NCBI GenBank assembly: GCA_032718475.1
Contig: JAUCBJ010003147.1
Location: forward strand, 3,627-67,626
Source of the DNA: Nemertoderma westbladi
Lineage: Eukaryota > Animalia > Xenacoelomorpha
Length of the DNA: 64,000 nucleotides
Direction of reading: 5' to 3'
Shown in pieces: positions 15,946 through 26,900 of the stretch; positions within the stretch are counted from its first letter, which is position 1; each line of letters starts with the position of its first letter. Below the pieces are notes generated by a model that was not told the origin of the DNA, searched no databases, and saw only the letters and a program-made list of their open reading frames with translations. The translations under genes and the position numbers were made by a program.

Positions 15946-16482
15946 GATCTCGTGGATGTGCTGACGGCTACTTCGACTGTATTTGGTGCACCTTAAATAA
16001 CATTTCTGTATTTATTTAATTTGTAAATTATTGAGGTTGTCCAATTATTTATGTTACCTTGTGATAGTACTTTGTGCTAAATGACCTAAAACCATCTTAT
16101 GCACGGTCTGGATCCAATCTCCAAATGCAATCACAGATAACCCTGTCCACCACTCTGTTGTTTAAAATCCTAACTATATGTTTTTACTCAATTTAAACTA
16201 ATCCATAAGCTAAATACTGACATTATGGCTATTTTGCAATTATATTTATTATTTAAAAATTGTTCTTAAAGTAATACTTTCGGAAATTTTGCTTTAATTT
16301 TGTTTTTATATTTGAATTTACTTTAATTGTTAATTTGTGTACTGTATTATTATTAAAATTTATTTTTAGGTCTACTTGCAATAGCTAAATGTGTTTTATC
16401 ATTAGTATAAGCAGTAGTTAACCTACCACTACCAGTATGAATATTTATTTACTTGTATTGGTATGTAATTTTGATATCGAAA

Positions 16483-17005
16483 ACATATATGTGTTACATT
16501 AAGACGTCCTGGTAGAACATTGTCAGTGCATACATATATGTGTTACATTAAGACGTCCTGGTAGAACATTGTCAGTGCATACATATATGTGTTACATTAA
16601 GACGTCCTGGTAGAACATTGTCAGTGCATACATATATGTTTTACATTAAGCCGTCCTGGTAGAACATTGTCAGTGCATACATATATGTGTTACATTAAGC
16701 CGTCCTGGTTGAACATTGTCAGTGCATACATATATGTTTTACATTAAGACGTCCTGGTAGAACATCGTCAGTGCATACATATATGTGTTACATTAAGACG
16801 TCCTGGTAGAACATTGTCAGTATACATACATATATGTGTTACATTAAGACGTCCTGGTAGAACATTGTCAGTGCATACATATATGTGTTACATTAAGCCG
16901 TCCTGGTAGAACATTGTCAGTGCATATATATATGTTTTATATTAAGACGTCCTGGTAGAACATTGTCAGTGCATACCATACATATATGTGTTACATTAAG
17001 ACGTC
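16483..17005. repeat. 49/51-bp minisatellite, ~10 units
   Basis: Tandem ACATTGTCAGTGCATACATATATGTGTTACATTAAGACGTCCTGGTAGA. Confidence 0.95.
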
Positions 17006-17260
17006 CACCCCACCCCACCCCACCCCACCCCACCCCACCCCACCCCACCCCACCCCACCCCACCCCACCCCACCCCACCCCACCCCACCCCACCCCACCC
17101 CACCCCACCCCACCCCACCCCACCCCACCCCACCCCACCCCACCCCACCCCACCCCACCCCACCCCACCCCACCCCCACCCCACCCCACCCCACCCCACC
17201 ACCCACCCCACCCCACCCCACACCCCCACCCCACCCCCCCCCCCCACCGCCACCCCCAAC
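17006..17260. repeat. (CCCCA)n microsatellite; (TGGGG)n on minus strand, G-quadruplex-capable
   Basis: More than 30 perfect CCCCA units, degenerating toward 17260. Confidence 0.97.
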
Positions 17261-17358
17261 ATCCGCACTCCGACGCACTGTTTTCTGTTATTTTCATTAT
17301 GTGATTGTGGGACCCTTAATTAAAAGAGCCACTCATAAATTAGGACTTACTGTGGGCG

Positions 17359-17976
17359 CTACACCACAGCAAGTAGAGCATGGCGGATAATGCTATAGAG
17401 TTTGGCATGGCCAAGGTCACTCAGGTGTATACCATCGGAGTGCAGCAAGGTTCCTCCCTGCACCCGATGGCATAATGCACCTTGCATTTTAATTAGAACG
17501 CCGTTCTGGGCGTGGTTGAACCACGCCGCCATCCGCATATTTGTGGCGACACGACGTGAATCATAATCGGGGTCCACAGACACACCTTTAGGGCGCATTA
17601 ACCTGGGGAACATTTGTGTCCATAACACACAGGAAGCACCATTGGAAGAATATTCCTGAATCATTGACTTTAATTTAGAGACAACGTAATCTGTGTCTCT
17701 CACACACAGATCGTTGCTTCCAAATAGAAGTACAATGAAACAAGGTTTATTGTCCCAATTGGCCATCACCTCCTGCGCGTTATGGGTGTCAAATATTCTC
17801 CCTGACCGCAGCTGAAAGGTAACTTTGGCAACTGTTGGACAGATACCAAAGTTACGATTGTGGCCGCGGTTGTTGTGGTCAAGGTACCGAAAGAGGTGGT
17901 CTGGGTGTGAAGACCCAACGATTATAATTTCATGTACATGATTGACAGTACAAATAGCTTGGACCGGTAGTGGCAT
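17359..17976 (-). CDS. SGNH/GDSL-type hydrolase (esterase), intronless, 205 aa
   Basis: Block I IIIVGSSH, block II SG, block III LLFGSNDL and block V HSDGIHLSDLG are in the correct order and spacing. First ATG is at 17976 (the ORF track starts at an upstream TTG). Confidence 0.88.
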   Translation of the reverse strand: MPLPVQAICTVNHVHEIIIVGSSHPDHLFRYLDHNNRGHNRNFGICPTVAKVTFQLRSGRIFDTHNAQEVMANWDNKPCFIVLLFGSNDLCVRDTDYVVSKLKSMIQEYSSNGASCVLWTQMFPRLMRPKGVSVDPDYDSRRVATNMRMAAWFNHAQNGVLIKMQGALCHRVQGGTLLHSDGIHLSDLGHAKLYSIIRHALLAVV

Positions 17977-18019
17977 AATATCGACTGAATAGAGCAAATA
18001 AGTGGAGAGAAATGGGTAA

Positions 18020-18420
18020 AGTGATGATTTAATATGATACAGCGTTCCGTTTATATAGAAAATTGTAAAGCATATTGATGGTGGAGACAGTTGTTAATTC
18101 AGCGTGTGTATGGTTACGGTGTACATTACGGTGATAATTAGTAATTGATATTGGTTTGTAAATGTGCTGCAATGCAGTCAGGCAGTTGTTTCTCTAAGGC
18201 ATAACCTTCCAATCCAATAATACCATATATGGTAATAATTCCCTTGGTTGCATCATGAAGCCTATTCATTGGTCGTAACATTGAGTAATTCTAACTGCAG
18301 CATACAGTGATATTCCTCTGACAATTTTGTTGGCGGGTTGTGATTGGCTTGCTGGCTGTAATTGGATATAGCTTCAGCCTTCAGCTATATAATTAAATAT
18401 TCAGTTGCCATACTTCATTC
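18020..18420. promoter_or_regulatory. Divergent Pol II promoter region
   Basis: Minus strand: TATATAAA at 18057-18050 with TCA about 30 nt downstream (~18027). Plus strand: TATATAA at 18386-18392 with Inr-like TCATTC at 18415-18420. Several CCAAT/ATTGG boxes lie between (~18209, 18267, 18343, 18361). Confidence 0.6.
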
Positions 18421-18524
18421 ATTATTGAATTTGTTATCTCGCAAATATTTGGCAAATTATACATAATTATTTGCGTATTTCTTCTCCGTATTTTTCGCTC
18501 TGTTTTAACTTTAACACTTCTAAG
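18417..18524 (+). other. Putative non-coding first exon of the multi-exon gene
   Basis: Follows the TATA/Inr pair and ends in a consensus donor AAG|GTAAGT (18525-18530). The next clear acceptor is at 20734, 8 nt before the ATG. Confidence 0.55.
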
Positions 18525-19782
18525 GTAAGTTTAATGTTACCCAAGGTGATTTGCACTTGCAGATTCAGATAAACCTGCTTGCGTGCTGGACTGTTCTGAT
18601 ACCTACTGCAGTACTGGTAGCCTTACATTACTGCATTATACATACAGCCATATGTTTTTGAGTGAAAAGGTCAATGCAGCAATGTTTGTGTTCCTGTCTG
18701 TGTAGACGTAGAACTGGTAGGCTAGTACAGTACCAAGCAAGGCAATTACCGGTACTGATCTACCGGAAACACAGTAAGCAAAACCAAAAACATGCCGATG
18801 TACATAGGCTACAGATATACATACGGATGTACTGATATAGGCCATACCTACTGCCTTGCCTACTGTACTAGTTTTCCCCTGTTGAAAGGTTTTATTTTCT
18901 GCGCCAAACGCTGTGTTATTTTAAGTGAATAAAATCCTTTGCCGGGTAGATGCAAAGCTTGTGCTGAGCGGACCTTTTGGCACCTTGTCCGGCGTAGCAC
19001 ATTTCTGCACCAGCTCCCGCCGCAAGTAGAAATGCTGCGCCAAAATAAGGCGTACAGACAGGCAGGTAGGCCTAACACTTTTCAATTGGCTGATAGGGGT
19101 ACAGGCCCAGTCTGACCGTCCCGTTACAAAGTTTTACACATACGGACTGACGGACGCAGAGCATGTAACGGTCTGCCGGTATTGTGCAATACTGCAATTC
19201 AGTTTAAATAGGCCTAGCCGTAATAAAATGTAAAGGTCTGCCGGTATCGTGCAATTCAGTTTAAATATCCCTAGGTAATAAAATCACAGTAATCTCTCAC
19301 ACGAACACGAAGCAGCCAAAGCAGAAAAACAATTCTTATTTTTATTTTTTATATCTGTAGGCAGATAGGCCTGGTGCCTGGATTGTTATTTTTTTTGTTT
19401 ATTCTTTGTAACATGCTCCATTCTGCCATTACAGGTTAGGTAGGTAGGCCGACCACTGTTACACTGCCTTGTCTTGTCTTGCCTACTATTTTTACTCATT
19501 CCTATAGGCAATAAGATAACTTCCATCTATTTTACATTACGCCTACTATTTTGTTGTGTTAAAACAGAACTGTTACCTGCCAGTCCTGCCTATACCTAGC
19601 ACTGTGGCACCCTAGCAAGCGGTCTAGCGGCAGAACGGCCAAATTATTACGAGTAGGCCTACAGATCTGCCGATAGGGCTACAGGTCAGCAGGTACCGGT
19701 ACGAACCGGTCCGGTACTTATATTTTATACCAAATTTATTAATAGGTACGGTATTCTACAGTTCTATGTACCGGTACCCGTA

Positions 19783-20419
19783 CCGGTGTATCAGAATTTT
19801 CACTCCCCATGTAAAATCATTTCATTTTTAAACTTCCCTAGTGCTGTAGTGTATTCTCATTCCCATGGTGTATTTTGTCTAGTGTATTTTATCCCCCTCA
19901 AGTGAAAACTCAACCCTGCATTTATATATTTTCGTATTAAGCAGATCCATCCCCAGTTAAATTGCTAAGGGCTACCGCTATTAATTTATGGATTATTAAT
20001 ATATTTAAAAAAAATTTCAATTTAAAATATGAACACCATAATCACCATATGCCATACGCATACACCCTCTACAGTACTTTACTATATACAAATCTACAGC
20101 GTGTTTTTTTCTGTCTACTACAGCACCCTATAGATGATAGGATACTGCGGTCATCTATTCATTTAACTGAAGGGTTAGAATTATATCGAATTTAAATTAC
20201 ATTGAAATTTAAAATATATATAATGCTGTAATGGGGTAGGAATAAGCTGAGGGGAGTTACATTTCACTAAAAAATCACCCGGAGTATTTTCATCCCCCGT
20301 TAAATATCCTAGTGAATTCTAACCGGGGGTGAAAACTGAAAGACAGCTAGACCTTGTGAATATTAACTGGGGGGTGAATTTTTAACTGTTTAGAGGGTGA
20401 TGATTTTCTGCTACACCTG
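19783..20419. mobile_element. MITE-like non-autonomous DNA transposon, 637 bp, TA-flanked, in the first intron
   Basis: Left end CCGGTGTATCAGAA; reverse complement of right end CAGGTGTAGCAGAA. TA on both flanks (19781-82, 20420-21). Subterminal AGTGWATT..CCCC-type repeats near both ends. Confidence 0.65.
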
Positions 20420-20742
20420 TACTGGTACTGGTAGCGTATTCTTTCTTCGTATTCGTACAGGTATATATATATTTATATATACCGGTATATATATTTGTGT
20501 CATTGTAATGCTCGAATGAATGTTTAGCCCTAATCGTTCCGAATTTTGGTGGTGTCTTCTGTTTTGTATGTAGCGGTACCGTTATTTTATTTTTATTTCT
20601 ATTTCGTTTTGCCTGTTCATTGCACATAATTAAATATATAGGGTCATAAATAGACATGAATGCGTAGGCCTATGCTGTTCTCTAGATCGGTTGTATTTTG
20701 TTAAATTATTTCTTTAATTTATTATTTTTTATAGATAACGTT

Positions 20743-20991
20743 ATGCCAAAACGAAAGCAATCTTTTGTTTGCTCGTACTGCCAAGGTCGCTGTGGCAAGA
20801 AGCGACACAACAAGGCAACCTGCCCTATGCGCATCGAACATCTGCGGAAAGGGATAGATGCCGCCAACATGGACGCCGGTAGAGAGTTGGAAATAGGTGG
20901 CGTTGGTGACCAACCCATCGGTATTCATGTAGAGATTCCGGGAAGCGCCGATGTCCATCAGACCGGCCGTTTACACGCGGTGGAAGCCAAT
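20743..20991 (+). CDS. Coding exon 1: MPKRKQSFV-CSYCQGRCGKKRHNKATC zinc knuckle
   Basis: Acceptor TTTTTTATAG at 20734, ATG at 20743, donor GTAAGT at 20992; 83 codons. Confidence 0.85.
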
Positions 20992-23900
20992 GTAAGTTTT
21001 ATTTAGGACTAACTTATATTAAGTATTATTCTAAACAGAGGCATGCTTAATACACTGTTTGTACGGCCTGCATACTGTATCTGGGAAACACACCATTATC
21101 TGCACACTATTTAACCCACTTATCTATACCAGGAGATCTGCCATCGTGAGTTACCCTCCTTGATAACCAATCTTGATTTGACTTTTAATCTTACCCACCA
21201 TTGTAACTCTATCTATATTGTCTTTTTACCAGCCATTGTCTACCTCCCTGTTTACCTTCCACCTTATTTGGTAAAGCTCCATTATAAATGTATATGTGCT
21301 GTGGGTCGGAGCTTTAAGGAGAAGGACTTCGATCCAATGTAACATAATAAATTGTGTAATGTTGTAGTATTATGTTGTGCTAATATACTAATTACTATAA
21401 ATTCTACGTACTCCTTATTGTTGCTGTGAAGTGCGGTCATTTCTTTAGTATAGTTTCGTTATAATATGTTATTGTTATTCTTATTTATAATTACAGAATA
21501 ACTATAAGTACCGGTATACTTATGGAACTATAACACCCCCCCTCCCTCACTTAAACGGAATATAAATTTTCTAAAATTAAAAAATACCTACCTATCTCTT
21601 TTTGTTGTTTGAAGTCAGTATAAGTATATCTCTCCGTGTCATTATTTTAAACTGCTACTTTCTAGGTGGAGTTGGATCGCGAGACTCCGGAGGTAGCGGT
21701 CGGACGCGAGACTCCCACTTCTCCATCCTACGCGGACGCGTTGAGATCGCCTCCACGGCCAAGTATCTGTTCTCCGCTGCAACCAACCCCGGTAGGACGC
21801 GGGACTCTCGACGTCACGGTGGGACGCCAGACTCCCCCTACATCTCCATCATACGCCGACGCGTTGAGATCGCCTCCACGGCGACGTACTACCCGTCCGC
21901 CAACACCACCAACGCCGGTTAGTTTAACATATATAAATATGTGGACCTACTTTGTCATTTTATATTTTGTTTCGGTGGTTTTCTAATACAATTACTGCAT
22001 AAAACGATTAGCTGAAGCAATATATACAGTATATACCAGTATATACCTCCCAACACTCTACCCAGAGTCTCTCTTGACTCTTCACCCCGACCCCTCCCCC
22101 ATTAATTCATTGAATCGTACATATTTGTTACATTTTTCTTCTATTTTTTCTCTTCTATCTATTATTTTTAAATTATTTAGGTCGCCAATTCAAAGAGTTG
22201 GTTCCGCCAGGTCGCGGACGATCTCAACCTGGATGTGGTCGACATACCAAACCACCCACTGGCGCAGTTATCTGCGGTTTCAACGGCTGCGGGCTGGGGG
22301 ATATCAGCCACCTATCTGAAACAACACGTGGCCGACTTCATGTTGCTGAGAACGGCCAAGTATTCGCGGCAGTGGCTCTTCCGTACGGGAGGGCCGCAAT
22401 CGTTCGCCGCCTACTTACTTTCATTGGCGTCGGATGATTGCCAGGTTAACGACATCAACCTGGAGGCCATAAGAGATATGGAGGAGATGGAGATCACGGT
22501 CCATCGGGCGCAGCACCGAAACGCGCCAAGTTGTTACTGCGCCCCCCCAAGGAGACGAGGTGGTGCCATCCATATCGGTGTGGACGGCGACCGATACGTC
22601 GCGTTTGTTTCGAGGTCTATCTCGACCCAGTCCGGCCGCGTGACCGAGTCGGAACCGATGGTTAGTTAATACTCTCCCTATAATGTTTCACTGTGTTTTT
22701 CAATAATGTTTGTGTTTATGTCACTGTTACATTAATGTTTGTATAAAAAGTATGTAACAAATACCATGAAATGTCTACAAAATAATTATATTTCCCGAAT
22801 AGACGATGTTACACGGCTATTAATTAATTGAGACGTCGTCATTATTTTTATAGCTTCATATTAATTCCAAATTATTGGTACCGACAATTAAAAACTCCAT
22901 TTCGTTAATAAATATACATTTAGAATTCCTTTAAATACATTTAATATACATGGAATATTAAAATGGAATATGGAATATTATAATACACATTGAATGTACC
23001 TTTAATTTCTTATTAAGTAAATATCAATTATCTCAAACTCCATATTTATAATTAATTGTTTAGGTTCTCCAGGAAGCTATTAAACCTATGGAGGACGTAC
23101 ATAATATCTCAGTCGCAACGGAGTTATTTACTACCGTTGTAGAATCTGATCTGCCCCGTAGATCCTATACGGTGTCCGGCCGTTTAGCTTCCAAACCTCC
23201 GACTGTAAGTGAATCTATATTATATATGTAATATCATATATTCATATATTATTTATTTAATTTGTTAAGAAATAATTTCTTAAATTGTCAGAGGTTAGCT
23301 AAAATGTCACCCTATTTATAATTTATATGCACTTCGACATTTTACAATAATTCCACACTATAATAATATATTTATATAATATTGATTATCGTTATTTTAG
23401 AGTTTTTTTTTGAATTCCCACTTGAACCACGGCGTTTATTTTGAATTGATGAGGAAAGTAACTTTATAATTTGTATTAATATATTAACCTACAGGAGCTG
23501 CATTTAGTTGATAATATTATACGATATAATTTAACCGATATAATTAATTATTTAATTGTTATTTCCACAGAGAACGTCGTCACGTAAAGGGAAGAAGAAA
23601 TTATCAGCTCTGCAAGACGCAACTGATATCAGAGGTGACGCTATGTCTGAATGTTCAGATGTAGGTAGTATCGGCTCTGTCGGTAGTATCGGTTCTATTC
23701 GTAGTGTCGGTACTGCCGGTAGTGTTGGTTCTGTTAGCAGTATGGCGTCTAACGAGTCAACCCGTAGGAGGAACGCCGCTCAAAAGTCCGGCTGTCCGTC
23801 TTCCCGTCCAGAAATCGTAAGTTTACTCAATAAATTATGTAATTAATTAATTATACAGAAACCTAATTAAATGATATTTTTTGTATAATGTATTTAATTA

Positions 23901-26900
23901 ATGGTAACTAACAGAACTCTTGTAAATATTTAATAATTTTTGTACAAATTAAATGACTGGAATACAATTGCATTTCGGTGCTTTAAAACTGAAAATATAA
24001 AATATTTTGTTTTAACTAATTCATATTTTCCCATTTAAATAAAGTTTATTTTATATAATTATTAATATTCCATACGAATGGTAACTTAATTATTTGTTTA
24101 AATTTTAAAGACTATTTTATTCCATAATTTTTAATTTATAGCGTTTATTTTAAAATATTTAATTTAACTAACAGTTAATTATATAATCAACATCAATTAT
24201 TATTTTTATTTTAGTTCACTAAACCAACTAAACGAAAGGGAGGCCAAACGTGTTCCTATTGTCAAGGACGTTGCGGGAAGAGGTCGCATAAGAAACAAAC
24301 CTGTATTATGAGACTCTTCCATGAGAGTAAGGATATATGGGTGGCAAATATGGATGCGGGCATTCTTCTGGAAGTAGTACAGGACGCTGAGATGGACGAA
24401 ATGGCCGCAGAGCCAGAGAGTACTGCTGATATGGACGCGGAATTCTTACAGGATATCGAACACGCGGAATTCTTACAGGATATCGAGATGTTCGATATCG
24501 AGGCCGCCGAGAGTGGCGCTGTCCAGACCGGCCGCGTATCTGATCCAGAACCGATGGTTAGTTAACTTAAATATATCCTAAGCTATATTTACTAAATAAC
24601 CCATAATATTGTCTATATTTCGGCGCACACGTACTGCATCCTATATACACGTTTGTACCATGTACAAATGTAGTGCGTGGATGTACACATGTAGTACATG
24701 GATGTACACATGTAGTACATGGATGTACACATGTACACATGCAGAATACACATGTGGTACATGGATGTACACTAGAGTTGCAACAGAGACCTGTTTTTCT
24801 TAATCCCGGTAAACCAGAGCCCTACCCAGAGAATTATTTTGAAAAATACCGGAGACCAGAGCCAGAGATCAGAGACTTGGCTTATTTTTGTTCTTCCATT
24901 TTGATTAGTCCCATAAAGCACAAACAGGTACATATGGATGGACTGAAACTATTTTTATATGGTTGAATTACAGTAACTCCAACCCATATGAACCCTTACC
25001 AATTGAAATAAAATAAGCGCACGTACAGTTTACTTAATTAATATTAATTTGGTTATTTGTTTATTAATTCGTTCTTATTTTGTCATTGTTAATAATATGT
25101 TACATAAATTTGTTTTGCGCCATAGGTACCGGTACTTTGTTAAGTAAAGGCACTTATTTTACAATTGTTCAAATCATATACATTTCAATAGACTATAAAC
25201 TTAGTAAATTACGAATACAGTGCACAGGTATGGTACTCTACTCGCCCCATATGCAAGCCTCGTTACGCTCGTTCTCTTCATTTGGTCTTCATATTATCTA
25301 TCCTACAACAAGTTGAACGGAGATCAGCCCTTTCTTTCACTTTTAAACATTATGGGTGCTCAAATTAAGCACCTTTATCCTTAAATAAGAACGACCTTTA
25401 GGTGCTAATTTAATTTAAAATTAAACGCACCTTAAATTAATAAATGTAAATATAATTATTATCGGTACATTTAGTTTGAGTCAGATTTAGAGTTAGATTA
25501 AAAACAGTGTAAAAGTGAATGTATAATTTTGTTGAAGCTGAGTATTAAAAATAAAAATTAAAGAAATTATTAATTGTAAAAAATTTGTGAAAAATAATCT
25601 TCATTTCACATTTTGTGTTGTACAGGATCTATTTTTAAATATCTATTTTTAATTTGTAAAATCACTGATCTCTGGGTAAAATGTCTGTTTTCAATACCCG
25701 GGAACCAGAGACCCATCCAGAGACTAAAAAATTACCCGGAGAATCCAGAGATCAGTGACAGGTCTCTGTTTCAACTCAATGTACACATGTGGTACATGGA
25801 TGTACACATGTGGTACATGGATGTACACATGTGGTACATGGATGTACACATGTGGTACATGGATGTACACATGTGGTACATGGATGTACACATGTGGTAC
25901 ATGGATGTACACATGTGGTACATGGATGTACACATGTGTTACATGGATGTACACATGCGGTACATGGATGTACACATGTAGTACATGGATGTACACATGT
26001 ACCGCACCCTATATACACGATTGTACCATGTACAAATGTAGTACGTGGATGTACACATGTAGTACATGGATGTACACATGTAGTACATGGATGTACACAT
26101 GTACACATGCAGAATACACATGTGGTACATGGATGTACACATGTGGTACATGGATGTACACATGTGGTACATGGATGTACACATGTGGTACATGGATGTA
26201 CACATGTGGTACATGGATGTACACATGTGGTACATGGATGTACACATGTGGTACATGGATGTACACATGTGGTACATGGATGTACACATGTGGTACATGG
26301 ATGTACACATGTGGTACATGGATGTACACCTGTGGTACATGGATGTATACATGTGGTACATGGATGTACACATGTGGTACATGGATGTACACATGTGGTA
26401 CATGGATGTACACATGTGGTACATGGATGTACACATGTGGTACATGGATGTACACATGTGGTACATGGATGTACACATGTGGTACATGGATGTACACATG
26501 TGGTACATGGTTGTACACATGTGGTACATGGTTGTACACATGTGGTACATGGATGTACACATGTGGTACATGGATGTACACATGTGGTACATGGATGTAC
26601 ACATGTGGTACATGATGTACACATGTGGTACATGGATGTACACATGTGGTACATAGATGTACACATGTGGTACATGGATGTACGCATGTGGTACATGGAT
26701 GTACACATGTGGTACATGGATGTACACATGTGGTACATGGATGTACACATGTGGTACATGGATGTACACATGTGGTACATGGATGTACACATGTGGTACA
26801 TGGATGTACACATGTGGTACATGGATGTACACATGTGGTACATGGATGTACACATGTGGTACATGGATGTACACATGTGGTACATGGATGTACACATGTG

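Noticed and set aside
18530-19780. Short ORFs and frequent TAGGCC/ACCGGT palindromes in the first intron
   Set aside because: No coherent coding signal or paired termini found; probably decayed repeats.
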